Of a stretch of DNA of 64,000 bases, positions 20,366-30,104 are shown one piece after another. The DNA comes from Bdellovibrionaceae bacterium UBA1609. GTDB lineage: Bacteria; Bdellovibrionota; Bdellovibrionia; Bdellovibrionales; UBA1609. Made by a program: the position numbers and the translations under genes. Under the pieces are notes generated by a model. That model ran no database searches, was not told the DNA's origin, and saw only the letters and a program-made list of their open reading frames with translations. The DNA is taken from positions 80,136 to 144,135 of the forward strand of contig DCMZ01000015.1 of NCBI GenBank assembly GCA_002321895.1, in the 5' to 3' direction. How positions within the stretch are numbered: the stretch's first letter is position 1; every line of letters begins with the position of its first letter.

Positions 20366-21100
20366 ATGGCAAAAGAAATAGAATTTAAGAATTTTAAAAA
20401 ATCTTTTGGCCAGAAAGCGGTGCATGAAGACATTTCCTTTTCCGTAGAGAAGGGCGAGTGCCTTGGCTTACTGGGCGGATCCGGCGCGGGGAAGAGTGTA
20501 ATATTAAAGAGTCTCATAGGTTTAATGAAGCCAGACAGTGGTTCGATTTTTCTTGAAGGCCAGGACATCACACTTTTGAATGAAGATGAAATGGTAGAGA
20601 TTAGAAAGCAAGTGGCCTACGTCTTTCAAAATGGAGCCCTATTCGATTCCATGACAGTGTTTGATAACTTGGCCTACCCGCTTCGTGAGCACACCACTTT
20701 GACGGAATCTGAAATCGAAAAACGTGTTCATGACTTACTCAATGAGTTTAACCTAGCCACTGACGACCTACTCTACCCTGGAGAGCTTTCTGGTGGGATG
20801 CAAAAACGTGTGGGCATGGCTCGCTCGATCATTCTCGGCCCAGAAGTGGTTTTATATGACGAACCCACAGCTGGATTAGATCCATTTAATATTCGAAGAA
20901 TCCAAGAAATGATTTTAGCAATGAAAGCCAAAGGGGTTACGTCTATTTTTGTAACTCATGATATGCCCAGTGCTTTTGCTTGCTGTGATCGGATAGCTCT
21001 TTTGCGAAAAGGACGTATCGTGCACGTTGAGAGCGTTGAAAAACTAAAACAGAATGACACCGGAATGATTAACGACTTTGTTAATGGAATGACTGCTTGA
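20366..21100 (+). CDS. mlaF: MlaF-family ABC ATPase (start moved to the ATG at 20366)
   Basis: GGSGAGKS, FQNGALFDSMTV, LSGGMQKRV, YDEPTAGLDP. Confidence 0.92.
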   Translation: MAKEIEFKNFKKSFGQKAVHEDISFSVEKGECLGLLGGSGAGKSVILKSLIGLMKPDSGSIFLEGQDITLLNEDEMVEIRKQVAYVFQNGALFDSMTVFDNLAYPLREHTTLTESEIEKRVHDLLNEFNLATDDLLYPGELSGGMQKRVGMARSIILGPEVVLYDEPTAGLDPFNIRRIQEMILAMKAKGVTSIFVTHDMPSAFACCDRIALLRKGRIVHVESVEKLKQNDTGMINDFVNGMTA

Positions 21101-21110
21101 GAGGCAATTT

Positions 21111-21893
21111 ATGAAAATGCAAAACACCAAAGTAGGAATTTTTGTAGGACTAGGGATACTCTTTTTCTGCATATCCATCATTATGGTAGGTGGCGATCGA
21201 TTTCTCTTCTCTGGACGTTACGAGATCAATGCAAAATTTAAACAAATCCAAGGATTAGCAGAAGGAAGCGTGGTTAGCTTAGCTGGTATCAATGTGGGCA
21301 ATATTAAAGATATCCATTTAGACCCTAAAGATGAATCCATTGTTCTTGTGCTAGATATTGGAAACTCATTTAAATCCAAAATCACTAGAAGTGCTGTAGC
21401 ATCCATTAAAACTCAAGGTGCTCTTGGAGATAAGTACATCTATATCGAACCCGGCAGCTTTTCTGGTGAACCTATTTCAGAGGGAGACTTCATTCAAGTG
21501 GATGAATCCGGGGACTTCTTGGATATGATCGCAAAGACCGGTGGCGAAATTGGTCGTGTTGTGGACGCTATTGATGAATTTCGATTACTTATAAAGGCAT
21601 TAAACGATGATGGACGTGCAGCATCCATTGCCACAAACCTAGATAAGTTGTTAAATGAAGGACATTTACTTTTATCAGACTTACGAGGCGGTAAGAACGG
21701 TGATGATATGCAAGAGTCCGTTCGTAGGTTAAGTAGTATTTTGGGAAAAATTGATGAATCTGAAGGTACCTTAGGTGCTCTGATCAACGATCCCACTTTG
21801 CACAATAAGTTACTTACACTTTTGGGAGAGAAACCACGCAACAAGTATCTAAAGCCACTCATAAGGCAAACCATTCAATCCCAACAAAAATAG
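21111..21893 (+). CDS. mlaD: MlaD/MCE-domain protein
   Basis: N-terminal TM; GLAEGSVVSLAGINVGNI; TQGALGDKYIYIEPG. Confidence 0.9.
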   Translation: MKMQNTKVGIFVGLGILFFCISIIMVGGDRFLFSGRYEINAKFKQIQGLAEGSVVSLAGINVGNIKDIHLDPKDESIVLVLDIGNSFKSKITRSAVASIKTQGALGDKYIYIEPGSFSGEPISEGDFIQVDESGDFLDMIAKTGGEIGRVVDAIDEFRLLIKALNDDGRAASIATNLDKLLNEGHLLLSDLRGGKNGDDMQESVRRLSSILGKIDESEGTLGALINDPTLHNKLLTLLGEKPRNKYLKPLIRQTIQSQQK

Positions 21894-21898
21894 GTCCG

Positions 21899-22828
21899 TT
21901 GCGTTTAATTCAATGGATCGCAATACTATTTAGCATTGCCTTAGTCCTGCATCCCTCTCGCAATATTCCCCAAACCATCAAATGGGATATCAATTACCAA
22001 TTAAAGAGTATTTACCAACCTGGCGAAGTCGTTGAGTTTAAAAGTGACTATCCCCTTGCCGTCGCTCGTTTAGACGGAAAAACACTCACTCCCATTTTCG
22101 GACTTCGTTCCTACTGGGGGACCGCAGGTTTTCAGAGACGAGATCAGTTCACCATTTACGGCGAATTTTTTGATCGAAAACCCAATTGGCTTATGAGCCA
22201 TTTATTTCACACCACTGAATACTTTTTCACTCTGCACGGAAAAATTGACCGATTACCCATTGATCAAGCTTCAAAGCTTCAACTCTCCCGTAAAACTTGG
22301 AGTAAAATGGATGATAAGTTTGCTCAAGAAAAGCGAGCTCAGAGTCGGAAAATTAGAACCGCAATGAAACAGTCCCAAGGGAATTTTACAAATTATTGTT
22401 TTAAGAAACCTTTAAATAGCTTTATAGTTTCTGACTTCGCATCTCCCAGAACCCTCCCTAATGGAAAGTCCTACTACCATACTGGATTGGACATGCGAGC
22501 GCGAACCCCCACCCCCCTACCCGCAGCCGCTCGAGGCCGAGTGCTTCTGGCAGAAAAAATGATAGTTCCCGGAAACATCGTCATTTTAGATCATGGTGGC
22601 GGAATCGTTAGCCGTTACCTACATCTTAGCCAAATTGATGTAAAACCCGGTGACTACTTAGAGCAAGGGGATATCATTGGCCTTACAGGGGGCACTGGCA
22701 GAGTTGAGGCTCCACACTTACATTTTGAAATCGTCTGGAAAGGTCGAGGGATGGACCCTTTGAACTTTATTGAGTTCTCAAAAGCTCGATGCTCTAACAA
22801 CGGCACTGTCCGAAATCTGAATCCTTAG
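21899..22828 (+). CDS. M23-family metallopeptidase (peptidoglycan endopeptidase-like)
   Basis: HTGLD (HxxxD), YLHLS and PHLHFE (HxH) motifs; N-terminal hydrophobic segment. Confidence 0.9.
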   Translation: MRLIQWIAILFSIALVLHPSRNIPQTIKWDINYQLKSIYQPGEVVEFKSDYPLAVARLDGKTLTPIFGLRSYWGTAGFQRRDQFTIYGEFFDRKPNWLMSHLFHTTEYFFTLHGKIDRLPIDQASKLQLSRKTWSKMDDKFAQEKRAQSRKIRTAMKQSQGNFTNYCFKKPLNSFIVSDFASPRTLPNGKSYYHTGLDMRARTPTPLPAAARGRVLLAEKMIVPGNIVILDHGGGIVSRYLHLSQIDVKPGDYLEQGDIIGLTGGTGRVEAPHLHFEIVWKGRGMDPLNFIEFSKARCSNNGTVRNLNP

Positions 22829-22856
22829 TTTTTGTTTTGCCCCATTAATTCTTCTC

Positions 22857-23189
22857 ATGCCTACTCACGTTTGCATCTCCCCAAATTGGAGGTGTTTCAT
22901 TCAACAGATTATAATTTCAAATTCACTCAAACATGAACCTTGGTTTCCTTATAAGAAGTCCATCACCGAGGACCTTTTTCTGCACTACATAGAAAAGGCT
23001 CAGAAAAAATATGTGTTTGAGTTTCGCAATCTTCACCTGCGAGAACATAGCTTTACCATTGAATTATTCGCCCGACCGGAACTGGCTGCAAAAATCACTC
23101 AAGCCATTGTCCGTCCGGTCAGTTACGAGCTCGGAAAAGTGGTGGATCAGCGGCCTCTCTTCAAAAACCGAAGTTCCTTAAAGAAATGA
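22857..23189 (+). CDS. Small protein resembling a degenerate Y1 (IS200/RAYT-type) transposase domain; possibly a remnant
   Basis: EPWF...LFLHYIEKAQKKYVFEF...LREHSFTIEL...KITQAIVRPVSYELGK...LFKNR follows RAYT motif order, but the HUH motif reads HSFT and the catalytic-Tyr region is missing. Judged by eye only. Confidence 0.45.
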   Translation: MPTHVCISPNWRCFIQQIIISNSLKHEPWFPYKKSITEDLFLHYIEKAQKKYVFEFRNLHLREHSFTIELFARPELAAKITQAIVRPVSYELGKVVDQRPLFKNRSSLKK

Positions 23190-23228
23190 AATACAGGGAA
23201 AGTGCAAAAAGAGGTGGAACTCTAAGCT

Positions 23229-23630
23229 CTATTTAGAAAGCTTATCGAGGTCTTTTTCTAACTGTTCGTCTTCACCCACTTCGGGCACATGTTTGTCCTC
23301 TAGGGTGAAATGGATATTGGTGATCCAACGGTGTCCCATGTACTCATTGATTTTTTCCATGAGCGGCTTTTTTACAAAAATGAGTTCTTGCAGTTGAACC
23401 GGATGGCACACCCAAACCACTAAATTCCGTCTCTCGATCTTCACTGGTCGGGAATTCTTTGCAATAGTTTCACCCACCACCTCAGACCAATTCTGCCAAA
23501 GCTTCCAGCGCTTGAACTGAGTGCTCAGGGGATTACTATGGACATCTTGCAAGAGGGATTGTAAGACCTCAGCAGATGACATCAGCTGAGATTTACGTTT
23601 TTTTTGCTTAGATTTGTCAAACTTGGACAT
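23229..23630 (-). CDS. DUF721/DciA-family protein (start moved to the ATG at 23630)
   Basis: WSEVVGETIAKNSRPVKI...LVVWVCHPVQLQEL...LMEKIN...ITNIHF. Confidence 0.8.
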   Translation of the reverse strand: MSKFDKSKQKKRKSQLMSSAEVLQSLLQDVHSNPLSTQFKRWKLWQNWSEVVGETIAKNSRPVKIERRNLVVWVCHPVQLQELIFVKKPLMEKINEYMGHRWITNIHFTLEDKHVPEVGEDEQLEKDLDKLSK

Positions 23631-23655
23631 AGTTTCACTTAACACAGGATGGATT

Positions 23656-25107
23656 TTGAGACCAATACATATCATAGGAGCCGGACTGGCTGGCAGTGAG
23701 TGTGCGTATCAACTGGCTGAGATGGGCCACAAGGTGGTTCTTCATGAGATGCGTCAAGAAGGACGTCCCGAATCCTTCACTCCCGCCCACAAGACTCACA
23801 AAATGGCCGAGTTGGTGTGCTCCAACTCGTTTGGATCTCAGACCATGTATTCCGCTCCTGGTCAGCTCAAGTGGGAAGCCGCTCAAATGGGTAGCCTCAT
23901 ATTAAAAGCCGCAAAAAAGGCCTCCGTCCCCGCTGGGATGGCATTAGGGATCGACCGGGAGATCCTATCAGACACTGTGACGTCCTCCGTAGAAGATCAC
24001 CCCAATATTCAAGTGAAGCGCGAAAAGATCACCCGCTTAAATGACCTGCCCCGCCCCTTGGTGGTGGCCACAGGTCCTCTGACCGATACCGCTTTAGCTG
24101 AAGACCTTCGACAGCATTTTGAAAATGAATTCCTCTACTTCTTCGATGCCATTGCACCTATTATTGATGCCGATTCCATCAACATGGATATTGCCTACAT
24201 TGGCGATCGATTTGGTAAAGGCACTGGCGACTACATCAACTGTCCCCTAAATAAAGACAAGTATTACCAACTGATCGAAGAGATCCAAAATGCTCGAAAA
24301 ATTGAATCCAAGGATTTCGAAAAGGAATGGGAAGACACACCTTACTTTGAAGGCTGTATGCCCATCGAAGAGATGATCCGCCGAGGCCCGGAGACGCCCA
24401 GGTTTGGCCCCATGTCGCCGAAGGGTTTACAGCACGGTGGACCCGATGAATACAAGCACGCTGTGGTTCAGCTCAGAAAAGAGAATAAAGAGGGCACCGC
24501 CTACAACATGGTGGGCTTTCAAACCAAGATGGCTTATGGGGAACAGAAGCGCATTTTCCAAATGATCCCAGGTCTGGAGGACGCTGAGTTTTTAAAGCTC
24601 GGTAGTATTCACCGCAATATGTACATCCATTCCCCCAAACAACTCAATAGTGACCTGAGCAGTCGCCGGGATCACGAATTATTTTTTGCCGGCCAAATCA
24701 GTGGTGTCGAAGGCTACTTTGAATCCACTTGCGTCGGGTTAATGGTGGCGCATTTTGTTCATGCAAAACTGAATGGTTCCGAACCTATTGCCTTTCCCCG
24801 GGCCAGTGCTCTGGGCTCGTTGATCAATGCCATCACTGAGGAGAAGGAACATTTCCAACCCACAAATATCAATTTTAGCCTAATGCCTACTATTGAGAAT
24901 ATGAGTGGAAGAAAAAACAAGCGGTTAAAAAGGGAAAAGCAAATCGAGAGGGCGCAAAAAGCTCTTTTGCAGTGGCTCGATGAAAATAATGAAGTGGATG
25001 CCTTGGCTGCTAAAAATCGTTTTGATTTTCAGCACGTGGACTTCGCTAACCCCAACGATATAATTCCTACGCCAAATGGAACTTCAAAAGAGTCTACAGT
25101 AAATTAA
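23656..25107 (+). CDS. trmFO: tRNA (uracil-5)-methyltransferase TrmFO (start probably the TTG at 23656)
   Basis: IIGAGLAGSECA, AELVCSNS, FFDAIAPI, YNMVGFQT, AGQISGVEGY. Confidence 0.95.
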   Translation: MRPIHIIGAGLAGSECAYQLAEMGHKVVLHEMRQEGRPESFTPAHKTHKMAELVCSNSFGSQTMYSAPGQLKWEAAQMGSLILKAAKKASVPAGMALGIDREILSDTVTSSVEDHPNIQVKREKITRLNDLPRPLVVATGPLTDTALAEDLRQHFENEFLYFFDAIAPIIDADSINMDIAYIGDRFGKGTGDYINCPLNKDKYYQLIEEIQNARKIESKDFEKEWEDTPYFEGCMPIEEMIRRGPETPRFGPMSPKGLQHGGPDEYKHAVVQLRKENKEGTAYNMVGFQTKMAYGEQKRIFQMIPGLEDAEFLKLGSIHRNMYIHSPKQLNSDLSSRRDHELFFAGQISGVEGYFESTCVGLMVAHFVHAKLNGSEPIAFPRASALGSLINAITEEKEHFQPTNINFSLMPTIENMSGRKNKRLKREKQIERAQKALLQWLDENNEVDALAAKNRFDFQHVDFANPNDIIPTPNGTSKESTVN

Positions 25108-25116
25108 AAGTTACTC

Positions 25117-26511
25117 TTAGGGATCTATATCGTCGGTGGCTTTCTTACGTTGGCTAACAATATCATCGACGATTTTTATAGCCTCTGTGTCACCTCTTGA
25201 TTGGAGGTAATCTCTAAAATCCAAAACCGCCACCGGAGCCATATTGGAAAAAGCCTTTCCCATCATATTGTCACTGGCAAACCAGTCTAGTGAGTGTGCT
25301 ATCATCTGTCTACGCCAATCAGCAATCGCGGTTTCAAGATCGAATTTACCGCTGGTTACGTTAAACATAAACAGACCACCGATTTGTCCATCCAATTTGA
25401 CTAAGCCATGACTGAGATTTTGCTTTTGCGTGGAGTTGAGCTCCATAAAATCATGTGGAGTGTCTTTAGAGTAAACGACCTTTCCTCCCGCTGACAACAC
25501 CTGCTCAGCCAATTCAAAGTGTAAATATCCTGGCAATACAGTTTCATTCTGTGCAATGACCAGCTTAACACGAACTTCAGGCAACATATCTCTAACGTTT
25601 TTCACACTGTCTACCCCAGCAATACCATTTACAAGGGCCAACATTCCTCTCACCTTCAAAGGATCATCAATATAACGCGGAAATGTCTCAATAAACTGGT
25701 CCACTTGCTTGGCAAAATAATTTTCCGCTAGACCTACGGCATTAGCTAACTCAATATTCGAAAGTAAAAACTCTCTAGAACTTTGTAGAGTACCCCAACC
25801 AAAACGAACAAAAGCCACTTCATCCAAGGTCACCACTCCAGGCATCATAAAAGTGAGATCAATCCCACCCAGCTCTTTAATTCTTTGCTGCATCCACCGA
25901 GAGTGCGACATAAATTCAGAGGCCATCTGCCCGCCGTAAGAATGCCCCATCACTTTAAATGGAAGCGTAAGCCTGTCCGAATTCTTAAATACGGCCTGCT
26001 CAAATAGAGTTTCCAAAATTTGCCTCTGCTCTGAACTTTTAATTCGCACGGGGTTTCTGTGACCGCTCCGAATGTACTCAGCGGCATAGGTAGCACCTTG
26101 CCCTTGCAACTCGGCCACATAGACCGAGTAGCCCTGCTTCCGGAAGCGGGTAAAGAAATCTTTTTGCTTTTCAATCCATTTAATATCGTAGTTGAGACCC
26201 AATACAAATACCATCCGCCCCTTTTCTCGCGGGGTCATTGCACGGTACTTTTTGTAATGAAACTGCTTCTCTATTGTTCCGGCTTTATAATAGGTCAACC
26301 ACTTCCCACCTAGTTCCTTAGAGATCTTCTCCTTGAAATCGGGAAGATCCTCTCGTGAATAGGCTTCTGTTTTCAGAGTTAAATTGAGGAAGGCACTCTT
26401 CGTAGCAGTATTTTTACCAAACAGTTGAATGCAGGCACCATTGGCCCAAGACTGTGTATTGATAAATAAACTGCAAAATAAACCGATGAAGGCCCAACGA
26501 TATGCACTCAA
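25117..26511 (-). CDS. Secreted alpha/beta-hydrolase (lipase/esterase-like)
   Basis: Signal peptide (..SWA), ELQGQG, nucleophile elbow GHSYGG, late PHDF histidine; CIQLF shortly after the cleavage site. Confidence 0.7.
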   Translation of the reverse strand: MSAYRWAFIGLFCSLFINTQSWANGACIQLFGKNTATKSAFLNLTLKTEAYSREDLPDFKEKISKELGGKWLTYYKAGTIEKQFHYKKYRAMTPREKGRMVFVLGLNYDIKWIEKQKDFFTRFRKQGYSVYVAELQGQGATYAAEYIRSGHRNPVRIKSSEQRQILETLFEQAVFKNSDRLTLPFKVMGHSYGGQMASEFMSHSRWMQQRIKELGGIDLTFMMPGVVTLDEVAFVRFGWGTLQSSREFLLSNIELANAVGLAENYFAKQVDQFIETFPRYIDDPLKVRGMLALVNGIAGVDSVKNVRDMLPEVRVKLVIAQNETVLPGYLHFELAEQVLSAGGKVVYSKDTPHDFMELNSTQKQNLSHGLVKLDGQIGGLFMFNVTSGKFDLETAIADWRRQMIAHSLDWFASDNMMGKAFSNMAPVAVLDFRDYLQSRGDTEAIKIVDDIVSQRKKATDDIDP

Positions 26512-26737
26512 CCTAAACTCCTTGTGCTTTGACCCGTTCTATCTGGTGCTGAAATTTTGATAAACAGTATAAAAACGGGGTAAATGTGCGATAGGAACCT
26601 AGTTTAGCACAAATCAGTTAAATATAAGGGGTTGAGCAAGCAAAGAGTAAACAAGTTAAAGAAGTTAAGCGATCGCATAAAAGTTATTCACTCTCCCCTA
26701 AGAACGCTAACAAAAGTGTAACAAAACTCTACATTTA

Positions 26738-28624
26738 TCACTCAACAGTGACGGATTTCGCCAAATTTCGAGGCTGGTCCACATCATGTCCTAATCGATG
26801 CGCCACGTGATAAGCCAACAACTGCAATGGAATCACTTCTAACAGAGGGTTTACATACCATCTGGATTCTGGAAGCGAGAGATAATGTTCACTCATATTT
26901 TTAAGCTTTTCATCCACGCCACTTCCAATGGAAATGACCATGCCTCCACGCGCCCTTGCTTCTTCTAAATTACTAAAGGTCTTTTCATAAAGCTCATCCT
27001 GAGGGCACATCATAACCACGGCCATTTTATTATCGATCAATGCCAACGGTCCGTGCTTCATCTCTCCAGCGGCGTAACCTTCGGCATGCATGTAAGCCAG
27101 TTCCTTTAACTTCAAGGCTCCTTCTAGAGCAATGGGATAGTTCACACCTCGTCCCATATACAAAAAGCCCTTATACTCCTTCAAGTCGTTACCAGCTTCA
27201 TCAAAATACTTGTCATAGGCCAACACCTTTTCCATTTGCGCAGGAGCCCCTAAAAGATCTTCTATCCATTGCTGCTCAGTTGCGGTTTCTAAACATCCCT
27301 TAGCCTTCCCAAACGATAGAGCTAATAGATTAAATAGAGCCAAGGTACTAACAAACGCTTTAGTTGACGCCACTCCGACCTCAACACCTGCATTCATATA
27401 CAGATGCCCATCCGCCTCCCGGTCAATGCTGGATCGAGATACGTTGCAAATACTCAAAGTCATTGCACCGCTTTTCTTTACATTCCGTAAAGCGGCCAAT
27501 GTGTCGGCTGTTTCACCACTTTGTGAAACCACAATCATCAATGAATTTTTTGGAATCACCGGATGTCTGTAGCGAAACTCGCTGGCCACATCCACTTCCA
27601 CAGGAATACCTGTAATTCTTTCGATAAGGTACTCCCCCACCATTCCGGCGTAGTAGCTGGTACCACAGGCTACAATAAAAATTCTTTCCACTTGCGAGAA
27701 CGCACTGAGAGTTTTCTGCCAATCGGCATCGCGATCCAGCTTAGACAGATCCTCATATTTATCGATTCCAAAACCCACACCCGCTAAACGTACGCTTTTG
27801 TTTTTTAAATCTATGTGTGGCTCTATGGCTTGTGCTACAGCCCGTGGTTGTTCATAAATCTCCTTGAGCATAAAGTAAGGGTATCCCCCTTTTTCCACTT
27901 GCTCTTGATTCCACTCCACCTCTTCCGGTACTTTTTTAACAGCTACACCGGCTGTATCCATAAATTTAACGGAGTCTTGCTTGATATGAGCCACTTCGTT
28001 GTCTTCTAAGTAAAACACCGTTTGCGTATAGGGAACGATGGCCTGAATGTCGGAGGCTACGACCATCTCATTTTCCCCCATGCCCACCAACAGCGGAGGA
28101 CCATTCTTAAAAGCCACCACTTCATCAGGGCTGTCTTCGGAAACGGCCAAAATAGAATAAGCGCCTATCAAACGTGGAATCACTTCAAACACCGCTTCCA
28201 ATAGCCCTTGCCCACTCTGCATTTGATTGTAGATTAAATGCGCTACCAATTCAGAATCGGTATCGGAGGAAAACTTCGATCCCGTTTTAGCCAACTCGGC
28301 CTTTAACTCTTGGTAGTTCTCAATGATTCCATTATGAACTATGGTCACTGTTTCTACGGCATGAGGATGCGCATTGGCCTCATTGGGAATGCCATGAGTG
28401 GCCCAACGCGTGTGACCAATTCCCACTGAGCCGGAAAAACTATCCTTCTCAATTTTAGCCCAGAGGTTATTCAGTTTCCCTTGTGCACGCACTCTTCGAA
28501 AATGCTCACCATCTAAAATGGCCATTCCCGCAGAATCATACCCTCTGTATTCTAGAGTTTTTAATCCTTTATAAATCACTTCTTTAGGGTCTTTCTCCCC
28601 AAGATATCCTACTATTCCACACAT
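26738..28624 (-). CDS. glmS: Glutamine-fructose-6-phosphate transaminase GlmS
   Basis: MCGIVG, LEYRGYDSAG, GHTRWATHG, C-terminal PRNLAKSVTVE. Confidence 0.98.
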   Translation of the reverse strand: MCGIVGYLGEKDPKEVIYKGLKTLEYRGYDSAGMAILDGEHFRRVRAQGKLNNLWAKIEKDSFSGSVGIGHTRWATHGIPNEANAHPHAVETVTIVHNGIIENYQELKAELAKTGSKFSSDTDSELVAHLIYNQMQSGQGLLEAVFEVIPRLIGAYSILAVSEDSPDEVVAFKNGPPLLVGMGENEMVVASDIQAIVPYTQTVFYLEDNEVAHIKQDSVKFMDTAGVAVKKVPEEVEWNQEQVEKGGYPYFMLKEIYEQPRAVAQAIEPHIDLKNKSVRLAGVGFGIDKYEDLSKLDRDADWQKTLSAFSQVERIFIVACGTSYYAGMVGEYLIERITGIPVEVDVASEFRYRHPVIPKNSLMIVVSQSGETADTLAALRNVKKSGAMTLSICNVSRSSIDREADGHLYMNAGVEVGVASTKAFVSTLALFNLLALSFGKAKGCLETATEQQWIEDLLGAPAQMEKVLAYDKYFDEAGNDLKEYKGFLYMGRGVNYPIALEGALKLKELAYMHAEGYAAGEMKHGPLALIDNKMAVVMMCPQDELYEKTFSNLEEARARGGMVISIGSGVDEKLKNMSEHYLSLPESRWYVNPLLEVIPLQLLAYHVAHRLGHDVDQPRNLAKSVTVE

Positions 28625-28625
28625 A

Positions 28626-30050
28626 TTAATTTTCCAGTGAAGTCGTTTTTAGGTTGGATGGCGAGGAAGGCTTATAGTTTTCCTTTACCACTTGTTTGCC
28701 TCTAGCAACGGCCAGAGCATTATCCGGTACATCTTTTGTGATTGTCGATCCAGATCCGATGATTGCATTTTTACCAATCTTAATGGGTGCAACAAACTGC
28801 GAGTCACTTCCAATGAAACTGCCATCACCGATTTCGGTTCGGTATTTCTTTTTATCAGCGGCATAGTTACAAGTGATTGTGCCGCAGCCAATATTTACGT
28901 TCTTTCCAATCTCAGCATCCCCTAAATAAGTCAGATGGCCGGCTTTGGATCCCTCTCCAAATTTAACTTTTTTAAGTTCAACAAAGTTTCCTATACGAGC
29001 TTCTTTACCCACTTCAGATTCCGGACGAATCCGCGCATAGGGACCCAGTTCCGCTCTTTCTCTGATAATACAATTCTCAAGATGGCTCATAGCTTTAACA
29101 ATAACACCCTCATCCAATTGGGCTGAGCTAATCACACAGCTCGACTCAACCACACAGTAAGGAGCTATTTTGGTATTCCCACGAATCATGACATTGGGAT
29201 ATATCACCGAGGCTTGGCCAATTTCTACCGACTCGTCGATGTAGGTATTGGCGGGATCCACAATAACCACACCATCATCCATCAACTGTTTTGCTTTTCT
29301 TCGATAGAGAATTCGCGTGGATTGCGCGAGTTCCTGTTGATTATTCACTCCAAAACTCACTCGCTTTGGTGCTTTAACAGCACCAACAGACCCACCATCC
29401 TGCTTGCACAGTTCAATGATGTCAGTGAGGTAATATTCACCTTGTGCATTATTACTTTTAATTTTAGGTAAAAGTTGATTCAAAACTTCGGCGCGAGCCA
29501 CATAGATCCCCGTATTCACCTCTTGGATTTTAAGGGTTTCATGGCTAGCATCTTTGGCTTCAACAATTGCTTGCAGTTCACCACCACTACGAACAATACG
29601 GCCGTAAGATTTAGGCTGGTTTAAAATAGAAGAAACGACAGCCACGTCATAACTACCTTGCTCAAAGTCTTTAACAATTCCAACCAGATCTTCTGCGGTA
29701 ATTAAAGGGTGATCTCCATTTAAAATCAAAACCATACCGGTTAAATCTTGCGGCTGAGCAGAACGAACCGCATCGGCCGTTCCCTGCTGAGAAGTTTGTA
29801 CTTTACAGATCCCACCTAAGGGCTCGACAAGTTGCCGAATCAGAGCCTCGCCGTATCCAACCACAACTCGAACTTCCTTAGCGCCAATGTCTTTCGCCTG
29901 GCGCACCACTCGTTGAATCATGGGTGTACCCGCAACCGGATGAGCCACTTTTGGCAAAGGGGAACTCATTCGGGTTCCTTTACCAGCAGCTAATACAATA
30001 ACGTTAAGTTCTAATGAAAAAGATGGCTTGTTCGCTTTTAAATTTGTCAT
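28626..30050 (-). CDS. glmU: Bifunctional GlmU (start moved to the ATG at 30050)
   Basis: LAAGKGTRM, GEYYLTD, hexapeptide repeats, HLTYLGDA, GTITCNY. Confidence 0.96.
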   Translation of the reverse strand: MTNLKANKPSFSLELNVIVLAAGKGTRMSSPLPKVAHPVAGTPMIQRVVRQAKDIGAKEVRVVVGYGEALIRQLVEPLGGICKVQTSQQGTADAVRSAQPQDLTGMVLILNGDHPLITAEDLVGIVKDFEQGSYDVAVVSSILNQPKSYGRIVRSGGELQAIVEAKDASHETLKIQEVNTGIYVARAEVLNQLLPKIKSNNAQGEYYLTDIIELCKQDGGSVGAVKAPKRVSFGVNNQQELAQSTRILYRRKAKQLMDDGVVIVDPANTYIDESVEIGQASVIYPNVMIRGNTKIAPYCVVESSCVISSAQLDEGVIVKAMSHLENCIIRERAELGPYARIRPESEVGKEARIGNFVELKKVKFGEGSKAGHLTYLGDAEIGKNVNIGCGTITCNYAADKKKYRTEIGDGSFIGSDSQFVAPIKIGKNAIIGSGSTITKDVPDNALAVARGKQVVKENYKPSSPSNLKTTSLEN

Positions 30051-30104
30051 AGTAGAGAGGTAAGGACAGTCGACAAAAAGGTCAAGTCCGTCTAACCTTT
30101 TATT

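Noticed and set aside
28620-28630. glmS ribozyme
   Set aside because: glmU ends 1 nt before the glmS start, leaving no leader.
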